A DNA stretch of 64,000 nucleotides, from assembly GCF_009914755.1 (NCBI RefSeq), contig NC_060937.1, one strand, 5' to 3'. Position numbers and translations under genes: made by a program. The DNA comes from the human T2T-CHM13v2.0 reference genome, Homo sapiens. The notes beneath the pieces were generated by a model that made no database searches, had not been told where the DNA came from, and worked only from the letters and a program-made list of their open reading frames with translations. Numbering within the stretch: the stretch's first letter is position 1; the number at the start of each line of letters is the position of its first letter. Positions 13,513 to 25,795 of the stretch are shown here, in pieces.

Positions 13513-14184
13513 ATTAAGCGGTTATATATTATTATGTAAATCATTAAGAAATACTACCCTTTACCTTGAATAATTTGTTGCCATAAAGATAGAGTTTATC
13601 TTTATTTTCTCTTGGGATTTAGGGGTACAGTACCTCAAACTGTAAGTGCAGATCTGAATAAATATTTGTTGAATACATTAACAACTGTTTTGTTTTATAT
13701 TGACATAATGTAGAGCTTATTTTTATCTTTCCTAGTCTTTGATTCCTGAAGGCCCAGAGGGGGGCGTTTAGAGTTTATTTCCACAATGTATTAGAATATA
13801 TGTTTTTTTTTAAAAATAAGTACTGTACTGGGGTGTTGATTGAACCAATAAATATGAGGTTGATATGTCAGAAAACATTAGTATTAATTTAAATTTCAAC
13901 AGGGATGAATGATACATGATGCTCTTGTTGAAATAAATTGCATATATAGTTCAGCATTTGTATTATTGTGATTAGAAAAATTGTGAAATCTTCTGTTAAG
14001 AAAATAAAATTGAAATTGAATTGCTAGTATGATAGACCTTTAAAGTAGGTTATATTTGCTTTAAGTAGTAAAAATTATTGAACAACTTTTTTACTCTAAA
14101 GAAACATACATTTTTATAATGTCCTGTGGAGATTTGTCCACTTGGTGATCAAGGAAATAAAATCAGGCAGAAATTATGTCCTGA

Positions 14185-14590
14185 TTTTTTTTTTTTTTTG
14201 AGACAGGGTGTTGCTCTGTCACCCAGGCTGGAGTGTAGAGAGGCAAGATCACAGCTCACTGTAGCCTCTACCACCCAGACTCAAACAGTTCTCCCACATC
14301 AGCATCACAAGTAGCTGGAGACTACAGGTGTGTACCACCACACCCAGCTAATTTTATTTATTTATTTATTTATTTAGAGACGGGGTCTTGCTATGTCAGC
14401 CAGTCTGATCTGAAACCCTGGCCTCAGGCAGTCCTCTCACCTTGGCCTCCCAAAGTGCTCCCAAAATATACCATATTTTTCTTATTCATTCATTTATTAA
14501 TGAACACTTAGGGTAGTTCCATATCTTGACTACTGTGAATAGATCTACAATATACAGGTCTATTACAAGCATGACCCACCATGCCTGGCC
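14185..14590 (-). mobile_element. AluJ interrupted by a ~100 bp L1-derived insert
   Basis: Antisense dimer; 'cccaaagtgct' (ends 14459) and 'attacaagcatg' (starts 14562) are separated by non-Alu DNA. Confidence 0.93.
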
Positions 14591-14772
14591 CCTGACATTT
14601 TTCAAAAGTTAATTTTTATGTTGAAATTTGCATTAATTTGATCAGTTAAAATCACATTAGTGTAATTCTCCAAGCACTGACTCATTATATTTCCTGGTTC
14701 AAAACATTATGCAAGCATAGGTTTATGTCCTCAGAGAGCATGCAATTGATTACTACATCAAGACAGTAGGTG

Positions 14773-15070
14773 AGCTGGGTATGGTGGTTCATGCCTGTAA
14801 TCCCAGCACCTTGTGTGGGCCGAGGCAGGAGGATCACTTGAGGCCAAGAGTTTGAGACCAGTCTGGCCAACAGTGTGAGACTCCTTTTCTACCAAAAATT
14901 TTAAAAGTAGCTTGCTGTGGTGGCATGTAACTGTGGTCCCTGCTGCTTTGGGGGCTGAGGCAGGAAGATCATGTGAGCCCAGGAAGTGAACTGTGATCTT
15001 CCCATTGCACTCCAGCCTGGGCTGGAACAAGATTCTGTCTCAGGAAAAAAAAAAAAAAGAAAAAAAAAAA
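14773..15070 (+). mobile_element. AluJ
   Basis: 'ggaggatcacttgaggccaagagtttgagacc', 'gagcccagga', poly(A). Confidence 0.93.
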
Positions 15071-15099
15071 GATGGTATGCTTTCTTAAGACATATAAAT

Positions 15100-16890
15100 T
15101 TCTTCCTTTTTTCTAATTATAATTAAGTATCCTTTGACCAAAATATTTCACGTCCTCCTCCTTGCAAAACACTCCAGCTTCTGATAACCACATTATACTC
15201 TCTACTTCCATTACATGAAATTATTTTAGATTACACATGAGTGTGATTATGCAGTATTTGTCTTTTTGTGTGTGCATTATTTCACCTAACATAATGTCCC
15301 ATAGATTCATTCATGTTGTAGTAAATGACAGGATTTCCTTCTTTGTTATGAGTTAATTGTATTCCATTGTGTCTTTATACCACATTTTCCTTATTAATTC
15401 ACTTATTGATGAACGCTTAGGTTGGTTCTCTATTTTGACTACTGTGAATAGACCTACAATATACAGGAAAGTAAACCTATCTCTTTGGATATATATGAGA
15501 CACAAAACTATGCTAAATATAAATAATATTGTCATAAAAATAACAATTTTTAGGTTCCTAAACTGTGTAATTAGATTGTGTTTTGGCATATTGCCATATG
15601 ACATATATTCATGGATAAAGGGAATATAAGCTTACCTATTAGAAATGTATGAAAAGAATAAACACAACAAAATAAAAGCTTCAGAAGTAACAGAAATGTA
15701 CACCCTCCAGAATGAAGCACATATTTAATTATTTAATGTTTAAAAGTAGCTAATGTTTATATATGAACAAAATTTAATTGATTTGTCCCACAGTTTCATC
15801 AAAGTCACTATGGTAGAACTACCATATGATCTTGTAGGATTACAGGATCATATGGTAGTTCTACTTTTCATTTATTGAGGTACCTGCCATAATGTTTTTC
15901 ATAAAGTATGTGCAAATTTATATTCCCACCAACAGTATAAAACAGTTCCCTTTTTTCCACATTCTCACCAACACATGTTATTTTATTTTATTTTTTTGAT
16001 GATACCCACTCTGATTGGGGTGAGGTGATACCTCATTGTGGTCTTGATTTTCATTTCCCAGATGATTAATGAGTTGAACATTTTTTCATATACCTGGCCA
16101 TTTACACATCTTCTGAGAAATATCTGTCCATACTATACAAAGTGATCAGATTCAATGCAATCCCTATTAAAATATCAACAATGTTCTTCATACAAATAGA
16201 AAAAAGAGTTCTAAAATCCTTATGTAATGACAAAAGACCCCAAATAGCCAATTCAATCTTGAGCAAAAAGAACACTGTTGGAAGCATCTCACTAACTGAT
16301 TTTAAAATATACTACAAAGACACTGTAACCAGGCGGTATGGCCATAGAATAATAACTGACACAAACAATGGAATAGAATAGAGACCCTGGCTATAAATCC
16401 ATGCATTTATAGCTAACTAATTTTCAACAAAGGTACCAAGAACATACATTGAGGAAAAGACAATCTTTTCAATAAATGGTGTGGACAAAACTGCATATTC
16501 ACAAGCAGAAGAGTGAAATTAGGCCCTTATCTCTCATGAAATACAAAAATCAACTCAAAACTGATTAAAGACTTAAATGTAAGACCTGAAACTGTGAAAC
16601 TACTAAATAAAACAGGAAAAACACTTCATGACATTGGTCTAGGTAGGATTATTTGGATAAGATCACTAAAGCACCCACCAGCAATAAAGGCAAAAGTAAA
16701 CAAATGAGATTACATCAAACTGAAAACCTGCATAGCAAAAGAAACAATCAACAGGATGAGAAGACAGTCTACAGATGAGAGGAAATATTTGCAAACTATA
16801 CATCTGACAAAGAGTTAATGTACAACATACATAGAAATCCCAAAAAACCTAAATAGCAAAATAACAAGTGACTATATAAAAATGGGCAAA
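15100..16890 (-). mobile_element. L1MA with 5' inversion (antisense 15100-16128, sense 16125-16890) and an insert at ~15497-15836
   Basis: Antisense 3'UTR/ORF2 end then sense ORF2 (ORF 16142: [11 protein letters not shown]); the sense part ends 'aaaatgggcaaaa', adjacent in L1 to the end of the antisense part. Confidence 0.88.
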
Positions 16891-18299
16891 ACATTTTATT
16901 TTTTTCTATGTGTTTACTGTTGGCTATAGAGACGTAAAAGAGAATTTTTAAAAAATCTGTATTCAAACTTATTTTAAAGTAAATTTGTTTTCACTTCAGA
17001 AAATAAATATATTGATACATCTCTCTACCTGAAACACACATAACAAAATTCATTTACACTCATATAATGGGCATCAAATAAATAATAGTATAAGGAAGTT
17101 AATTCAACCATTGAAGTATTTATTAAAACATCAAATAATTGCCTTTCATTTAAAGATTTAAGGGCAAAAGTGGGCATCCCTCACTTTAATTGAATAGGAA
17201 TTCCTTTTCACACCACACAATTTTTTTAAGACTACTGCTAGGTACTCTCTCTAGTCCACAGTTTTATCTGTGACAGGTCTATATCCAGAACTATTAGCAT
17301 AGACTGACACTACCCTGTCAGTTTGAAACACTGCACTTCTACTTCCATGGTCATCACCTTTTATAACAAAGAGTTTCCAGTTTTATTAGCCTCACCTCTT
17401 TCTTGGGTCATATGAACCCAATGAACTCTGGACAGGTGTTGAATATATATGGAAAGTACTACAATTTTCAGTTTGGGAGACATTTAGGGTTGTCATAAAT
17501 CCTGAATTCTTCTTGGAGAAAAAAAAATTCTAGTACATAGAGCATATGGAAATTTTGTTTTAGAATGTATACGTTTGCATATATTTTATTTACTATTCAC
17601 AAATATTTATATGCACAGATGTACTTTTTTATTCATTCCTTTAACTTCTTCTATGTACCAATGTGTTCAACTGCTTTTCATTTTTAAAAATAAACCAATA
17701 TCATTTTAGCTATATAGATTCTCCAAATATCCTATAGCTTTTTTATAGATGCATTTCTCAGGAAGTTTCCAGATGAATTCTTATTAATAACTACTTAACT
17801 TTAAGGTAATATATTTTAATAATTGTGAAAGCTAAATAATAATTTACCAAAATTTTTACACATCATATGGTCTTTTGTAAATATGTTATTATGCTTAGGT
17901 GGTTAATTTTAGACAAGAATCTTAGAGCACATACTGAGATCTTCTTCTTCCTAAAAAATAGCTTCCATAATTAAGATTAGAGTTACTTAGGCCTTGAATG
18001 TTGTGAGGGATTTGGGTATCTCATTTTTTTTCATGCAAAATAATAAATTATGTGTAAAAACACTTAATAAAAGACAATTTTAAATCTTGACCTTTCTTGA
18101 TTTTGAATACATTGTATCGATAAGATAAAATGGGGTGTGTGTGTGCATGTATGTATAATGGAATAATATAGTTACATTAAGTAAAAATTTGGCCACTAAT
18201 TGATGGTCTAATACTAGCTTTTGGCAACACTCAATACTAACTCATGATAGTAAATGACATTAACTAGTAGTTGTTGAAAATATCTGGTGTTGGTGTGTT

Positions 18300-18540
18300 G
18301 CATATTGTTAAGCATGCAGCTCTTAGAATCAGACTACCCATATTCAAATTATGACTGTGCCAGTTATTTGACTGTATGAGTCTTTGCATACTTCTTAACT
18401 TTCCAAAATCTCAGTTTCTGCATCTATAAAATGGGCATAACAGACCTTAACTGAAAACGTTGTTGTAAATATTAATTGAATTATTATAGGTAATATATGT
18501 AATACGTGTAGAATAATGACTGGTAGTTGGTAAGAAAAAT
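18300..18540 (+). mobile_element. MIR SINE
   Basis: Core 'tctcagtttctgcatctataaaatgggcataa'. Confidence 0.85.
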
Positions 18541-19407
18541 CAATCTTTATTAAAGTTATTGTTATGAAAAAGTGATGTTAGTCATTATGATACAGCAGTC
18601 ATCAGTGTAGCTTGAATGATGTTAGTTTTTTCCTATATGATTTAAATATACAGCCTAAGTGCTAAACGTTTAATTCACTATGTGCTTTAGATAGATTTCA
18701 GAAATTTTAATTCTCCTGTAAAACAACAATTTATATGAAAATATTTAAAATTCTCTCCCTTGAGAACGATTTCTTTGTAAAGAGGAAACTAAAAGGAAAC
18801 TTCTAGTAACACTATCTGAAAACTTAGAAATATTCCAACATTAATTACATTTGAGATTTTCAAGTATTTTTAAAGTATGTTATTGATAAGCAACTCAATA
18901 TAACAGAAATTAATTTTAAACATATTTTCATTGTATATAGGGTCAGGTTACCAAATTTTTTTGGAAAACTAGAAAGAACATCTATGATAAATCAAATTAA
19001 GTAGAAATTTCTTTATAGGTTGTTTCCATAAATAGAATGACTAATAAAAGTTTAGGTGATGGCCATTTTTTACTCGTAATTGTTTTGCATTCACATTGCT
19101 TATCTACTGGAAGTTTCCTGGATAAAAATTTCAAATTGGTTTATAGCTATTGCATCAAAAATTCTCAATAAAAGAATAACAGGTAATTGTATACTTATCA
19201 TATTCATTTAGTAGATTGAGAATCTCATGTGTAGATATTAGTTGAAAGTTACACAACAGTGTTAGTGAACGTGGAATATAAAATTTCAGTAACAAGAAAA
19301 TATATTATTTTTTGAATCCAAAGCAAACATTATAGACTTACATGTCTGAAGGTATCTTCTCATCAATTTATCTACCATTAAGTAATAAAAAATAAATACC
19401 AAACACA

Positions 19408-19930
19408 TTGTGTATCAAACAATCCCTAAGAAGACCCACAATGCATCATCTTCCTCCTTGAGGGTGTGTGGAACCTTGCTTCTCAGGGATTGAATATGGC
19501 TAAGGTGATGGCATGTTACTTGCATGAATATATTTTATTATATAGAACTCCATTTTAGCAGATTGCTATAAAATATCATCTTGCTGGCTCTAAAAAAGCC
19601 AACATCAATGTTGTGAGATGCCTAAGGAGTGGGCCATGTGACAGAGAACTGTAGGTTCAGCCATAAGAAGCCAGGACTCTTACTCATAAAACCACAAGGA
19701 TTTGAATTCTGCCAATAACCTGAATAAACTTGGAATTGGAATATTCCTGTGTTGAAAACTCCAGGTGAGACCAATGCCCTGCCTGCACTTCTGCAGGCTG
19801 TGGGATTCTGATGAGAGGACTCAGGTAGGTCATGCCTGGACTCCTGACCTATAGCAACACAGTTAATACATGTGGTTTAAGCTATTAATTTTGTATAATG
19901 TGGTGTACAGCAATAAAAAATGAACACACT
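19408..19930 (+). mobile_element. MaLR LTR (MLT1E/F-like)
   Basis: 'gaatatggctaaggtgatggcatgttac', 'tgaattctgccaataacctgaataaacttgga', 'gcctggactcctgacc'. Confidence 0.8.
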
Positions 19931-19999
19931 TGGATACAAATAACTTTGTCATTTTCATAAGAGAAACAACTCTGAAGTCACATTTTTAATCATTCCACC

Positions 20000-20560
20000 T
20001 GAATAGCACCTCTTGTATTCTGTTCCTGAATTCTAGACAATTCCTTCTGGCAAGTCATGACATATAGTTCTTCAATTCCATCACAACTACCAACCATTGT
20101 TTCTATTTCATCATCATTCCTCAACATTTTCAGATTCTCCCTTCCTTCTTGGCTTGTTGTGTTCCATGGCTTATCTTTATAATCACACTTCTTTCTCAAT
20201 GTTCTGAAGCCTTTCTCAGTTTATCAAACTGACATTAAAACCTCAATTCTGGCATATATCAAAACATCATATTATATACCATTAATAGGTACAATTTTTA
20301 TTTGTCAATTATACCTTAAGAAAGCCGGGGGGAAATTTTAAAACAAAGTGAAGACTATGGGAGAAAAAAAAATAAGTCCAATCCTAAGTCAACTTACTGT
20401 AAATAAAATCATCTTATAATATTTTTCAACTTTTAAAAATCAACTCCATCTATACAGTAGAGCAGATTTAAAGATTCTGGAGTCATTTTTCACTCTGCGC
20501 TTATGCTTACACTTCACATCCAATCCATCAGCAAAACCTGTCAGTTTTGAAATAAATCCC
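20000..20560 (+). mobile_element. L2 remnant with an embedded L1 3' tip (~20250-20330)
   Basis: 'cttcacatccaatccatcagcaaaacctgtcag' (L2); 'tacaattttatttgtcaattatacctt' (L1M end). Confidence 0.55.
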
Positions 20561-20576
20561 AGCAGTAAAAATTGCT

Positions 20577-21200
20577 GTAGATATCTGCAGCTCTATGTCT
20601 CAAATCTGAGAAAATGTCTGCTACAATATGTCTTTCCTCAGGACGTTTACCTGGAGACTGGACACCAAACCAGCTCCTTTCTCATCCCTCAGAACTCAAC
20701 TGAAGTCAGGGCTCTCTGCTGTCCTGCCTGTGAGGGAAGGTTTAGAGGTTAAGCAATATGAGTTAGGATAAAGATAAGCCACCAGGACAGTACCTTGATA
20801 TCACTCTCTTCTTAGGATAGGACTATGAAGAGAAGTCATCTTGACAAAGGGATAGCCATTCCCCCACTCCCCTGCTGAGACGCAATAGAACTGTAACTAA
20901 TGAGGAGCTAGAGCTATGTGCAGAAGTGGTTAAAAGCAGGGATCAACAGAGCTGAGGGCGAAATGAGCCCCTTAGGCCTGAGCACTGACAGAAACCATCA
21001 GATATACAACACAGAAGTGCTGTTTTGAAAGCAAGAAGCCAAGGGATAAAAAGCCTTCCAGATCATTCCCCACAGGTAAGGCTCCCCTGCCTTCCTGCTT
21101 GCTCCACACTAGCACCTGCTAAGAAGGGATAAACTTTATATTCCTGCAGGGACATGCACGCACACACGCACACACACACACACTCACACTCTCCACTCGT
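20577..21200 (+). mobile_element. Putative ERVL-class LTR upstream of pol remnants
   Basis: Starts TGTA, purine-rich, ataaa followed by a CA-rich tail; family not recognised. Confidence 0.4.
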
Positions 21201-21225
21201 ATGGTTTAAGAAGCTATTGTGCCAA

Positions 21226-21420
21226 ATCAGAAATTGAGATTTTCAGTTGTAAAATTTCCATTATTTTTGAGTTTTTATTTTCATTTGGTATTTCTTGTCT
21301 TTCTGTAGATGATTAGTATTTTTTTCCTTGAGTATAGTGATAATAGCTAGTAATCTGTTAATTCCAACATGTGGGTTATCACAAATTCAGTCTCCATTGG
21401 TTGTCTTTTCTCTTGAGAAT
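21226..21420 (-). repeat. Antisense L1M ORF1-region fragment, probable copy of 7100-7293
   Basis: 84/100 ungapped identity over the first 100 bp by eye, weaker beyond. Confidence 0.65.
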
Positions 21421-22248
21421 ATTCTCTATGTGTGGATGTTAATTATGCAATAAACAGTGAAGTGATTACTGTCCTCTCCCATGTGCTCCAACAGAAACTA
21501 TATAGAATCTAAGAAGGTTAAAGGAAAATCAAAATCCCGATTAAGAAATGAAAGGCAGCAGTAGTAATAAGAGATACATTACTCCATGCATCAATCCCCA
21601 TATGGCCAGTGAAAAAGCTGACAAGAGCCAGAGACTTATACTCAAATATCATCAACTAAATTCAGTTTTGGCTCATGTAGTCTCAGCTGTTCCAGACAAT
21701 CTGACAACTTTATCCGGTGCAGAGATCCATGGCATATAACATGCTGTCCTGGACATTTCCAGCACTTCTTAAAAATTTTCACTGGCACTTGAGAACCAAG
21801 ACTAATTCACATTCATTTTACAAGGCCTTTGATGTATATCTGCAGGGCACCCCTAAGGATACTTAAGTCTCTCCCTTTGCTACTATTGGAGGTTCAAGAC
21901 ATGGCACAAAAATCTGTACTCTCTGAGCCCCATAGCTTTTACCATATAAGGGAGGCCCAGTTGGTTGACAAGTCAGAAGCCTCACTCTCAGCTCTGATTG
22001 TGGTATAATCACATTTCCACCAAAAGGAGTGCTTGATAAACTGTGACAAAATTCAGGGTCCTGTTCACCAAATACATGTTTTTTGGGAGGAAATATGTCA
22101 TAATTCTTCTGTTGTCACATTGACCTTCCACTGCTAAAAACAAAAGGTTTAGCATCATATAGAATTGTTTGTGCATTAGAAATGGTATGCTCTTAGTTTG
22201 GGCGTTTTAATTGGTCCTTTATATCAGCTACCAGGAAATCAGCCTTTT

Positions 22249-22982
22249 TCTGGAATGTTTAAACACTATTGGTGGGAATGTAAATTAGTTCAAACACTGT
22301 GGATAGCAGTTTGAAGATTTATCAAAGAACTTAAAGGATAACTACCATTAGACCCAGCAATCCCATTACTGAGCTTATATCCAAAAGAATATAAATCATT
22401 CTACCAAAAACACACATACACTTTTACGTTCATTGCAGCACTATTTAGAATAGCAAAGAAATGTAATCAACCTAGGTACCCATCAATGGTGGATTGGATA
22501 AAGAAAATGTGGTACATATACACCACGGAATACTACACAGCCATACGAAAGAACAAAATCTTGTCCTTTGCAGCAACAAGGTTGCAGCTGCAGGCCACTA
22601 TCTTAAGTGGAACAGAAAACCAAATACCACATATTCTCACTTGTAAGTGGGAGCTAAACCTTGGGTATATATGGGCATAAAGATGACAGCAATAGACACT
22701 GGGCACTACTAGAGAGTGGGTGGGGGGGCAAGGGTTTAAAAGCTATTGGATACCGTGCTCATTAGCAGCATGATAGGATCAGTCATACCCCAAAGCTCAG
22801 CATCATGCTATATACTCATGTAATAAGCTTGCATATGTACCCCCTAAATCTAAAATAAAAGTTGAAATTACAAAAAATAAAATACATAAAGCAATTATTT
22901 TTAAAAATGTATAAAAATAAGGTTTCTGTGACATTTGAAATAGTGGCAAATAAATACATTTAGAATTATGTTTTTTGAAAAA
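22249..22982 (+). mobile_element. L1PB/L1PA16-like 3' end with a short 3' extension
   Basis: ORF 22486 VDWIKKMWYIYTTEYYTAI (ORF2p C-terminus); TSD gaaatcagcctttt at 22235-22248 and 22983-22996. Confidence 0.92.
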
Positions 22983-23364
22983 GAAATCAGCCTTTTCCTT
23001 TTGTGCCTGGGCTGTGTTGGACGCTTACCTGCAGATTATGGCTCACTGTAACTTTGGAGCCCCACAGCCTGAGGGGTTGAGCCCCTTTTTATCTACACTG
23101 ATTGCTGTTTGGAGCCTCCAGAAAAAGTGAGCAACCTACTCCACAGGTATCCTTTGGGTTTTTGGACACATTGCTTTCCTGACACGGCTACCAGAAAAAC
23201 CCCTGTGTAAAGCAGTTATTGCCCTGCTACTGTTTTCTCATTGAAACTGAACATTTGACCTATAAAGACCTTGTGACTTTCTGGCTGATATTCTTATTTT
23301 GAGATGGGTCAACTCCGACTAAAGACTAACAAGGTGGGAAAAGCCCAACAAATTTCACTTGTCA

Positions 23365-23523
23365 TCCAGCAATCCCATGTTGGGTATATATCCAAAAGAA
23401 AAAATAGATCAGTATATTGATGAGACATCTCCTCGCTTATGTTTATCGCAATACTATTTACAATAGCTAAGGTATAACATCAACCAAAGTATCCATCAAT
23501 GGATGAATGGATAAAGAAAATGT

Positions 23524-23557
<34 letters not shown>

Positions 23558-24066
23558 GTGGAATAATATTTAGCCATAAAAATGGATGAAATTTTGTCAT
23601 TTACAGCAACATGAATAGAAGTGGAAGACATCGTGTTAAGCTAAATAGGCCAGGCACAGAAGGATGATGATTGCATGCTCTCATTCTTACATAGGGGCTA
23701 AAAAATATGATCTCATGGAGGTTGACAGAAGAATGACAGTTACCAGAGGCTGGGAAAGTTGGGAAGAGGAAGATGAAGAGAGGTTGGTTAATGGGTACAC
23801 ACATACAGCTAGCTAGAAGAAAGAAGTTATAAGTTCTAGTGTTTGACAGCACAGTAGAATAAATATCATTAAAAATAATTCATTGTGTTTTCAACATAGC
23901 GAGAAGGGAAGATTTGAAGTGTTCACAACACAAAGAAATGATAAATGATTGAGGTGGATATCCTAAATATCCTCATTTAATCCTTACGCATTGTATGCAT
24001 GCATCAAAAAATCACATGTACCCTGTACAACTATTATGTATCAATTAAATTAAATGAAAAACTTTT
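23365..24066 (+). mobile_element. L1MA 3' end containing (GT)n at ~23525-23554
   Basis: L1MA 3'UTR motifs; TSD ttcacttgtca at 23354-23364 and 24071-24081. Confidence 0.92.
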
Positions 24067-24733
24067 AAACTTCACTTGTCAAAAAATTAAAATTGCATAT
24101 GGCCTGGTCCTAATACTATCTCAATTTTGATGATAGAGTACAGCTATCCCTTCAGAAAAAACTTTATGTTCCTTCCATTCCACTTCCTGAAGCCAAGCCA
24201 CTGTTTCTAAGTCGACCCTGACTGACACAACTTACCCTAAAAATCTGGCCGTGTTTCACCGCTGGTTTGGCTACATTAAAACCTGATGGTGGCTGTTGTG
24301 ATTCAACTATTGTTCAATCTTAGTGCCGGCTATGTAAAAATAAAAGTGGATATGGTTATTCTGGTCACTAGTAAGAACCAAAGGTCATTTTCATATCTCT
24401 GGCCAATATTGCCATAGATAAACTGTGTTATATTTTTACTCATTCTTGGACTTTTGCCAATGGCCTAGACAGCTTGTTTGCCCCTGGAAAGACTACAGAC
24501 TGCCTTATTAAATATACCCTGTTTGGGACCACAAACTGTTCAGAAATTTGAGGTTACTGAATGGTCAGTCTGCATCACTCACATAGATGTCCACAGTAAA
24601 GGCCCATCCTCTGAAGGCACTCACTGGAATCAAGCTGCCTATCATGTCTGCACTGCCAAGGTCAAGACTGTTGACATCTGGAGCCATAATTACACTGTCT
24701 TATCACTTTTGACACTGATATACATCAGTCTAT

Positions 24734-25304
24734 GCTGTTATATTTGTTTCCTATTGCTGTATAATACATTATCACACACAAAAACTATACTTATTACTCA
24801 GTTATTGGCTCAAAGTTCTATAGGTTATATGTCTGGCTTGACATGGCTGGGTTCTCAGGGCATACCAAGGTCAAAATCAAGGTATTTAACAGTCTGGGAT
24901 TTTGTATAGACAGTGTGGGAGAAAATCTATTTCTAGTAATATTATTCTTTATATAAGCCTTACTTGTGGTTGTAGAATAGAATTTTCTGTTTCCTTGCTT
25001 TCTGTCAAATTGAGGCTGCTTTCAGTTACTGGCGGCCATCCACATTCCTTGACTTATGGATCCCTCCTCTCTTCAAGCCAGCAACAGTAGGTAGAATCCT
25101 CAAGCTGTAAAGCTCTGATTTCCCCTTCAGCCACCAGTTAGAGAAAACTGCTTCAAAAGGGATCAGGTGGCTAGGTAAGGCTCACTTGGATAATATCTCT
25201 ATTTTAAGTTAACTGTGCCACATAACATAACCAAAAGAGGAATTCTACATAAGGGAAAGAGTGTGGAAAATCTTGAGAGTTATCTTAGAAATCTGGCTAC
25301 TATG
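24734..25304 (-). mobile_element. MaLR LTR (MLT1E/F-like)
   Basis: 'tttcctattgctg', 'ggccatccacattccttgacttatgg', 'cttcaagccagcaac', 'tcttagaaatctggctac'. Confidence 0.8.
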
Positions 25305-25549
25305 GCTGTTATTAGTCCAGTCCAATCGGCCTACTCTTGCCACGTCATTGTGGCTCCTGAATGTAATCTATGCTATGTATTCATCTTTCCAGAACATCTG
25401 CACCCTGACAATGGGGCATTTTTGTTGAAAACGCTAAGAAGCAGTGAACTGTTATTCAAAGTGTTTGACAGATATTCCATGCTTCCTTCCATACTCAAGC
25501 TTCAGGTGATTTTGCCTATTAAAATGACCTCTCCAAACATCAACCAAAT

Positions 25550-25795
25550 TAATAGAAACAGAAAGTAGTAGAATAATGATGGCCAGGTGCTGAGTGGGGC
25601 AGGGGCTAGGGAATTATGGAGAGTTATTGTTTAGTGGGTACAGAGTTTCATTCTGAGATAATAAAAAGGTTCTAAACATGTTTAGTTCCCATAACCACAC
25701 AACAATGTGAACTTATATAACATCAATGAATTTTACACACAGAACGGCGAAAATGGTAATTTTTATGTATATTTTACTGCAGTAAAAGAAAAATC
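25550..25795 (+). mobile_element. L1MB 3' end
   Basis: 'gagttattgtttagtgggtacagagtttca', 'acaacaatgtgaac', 'aatggtaatttttatgtatatttta'. Confidence 0.85.

Larger units (their letters stand above)
21440..25525 (+). mobile_element. Fragmented class III ERV (ERVL/HERV16-like) pol: RT, RNase H and integrase remnants
   Basis: Frameshifted motifs in pol order: ~21600 PIWPVKK..RL..YHQLN..SAVPD (RT); ~23210 KQLLPCY..LIETEHLT; ~24580 HIDVH (RNase H); ~25395 HLHPDNG and FHASFHTQASG (integrase). Confidence 0.8.
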
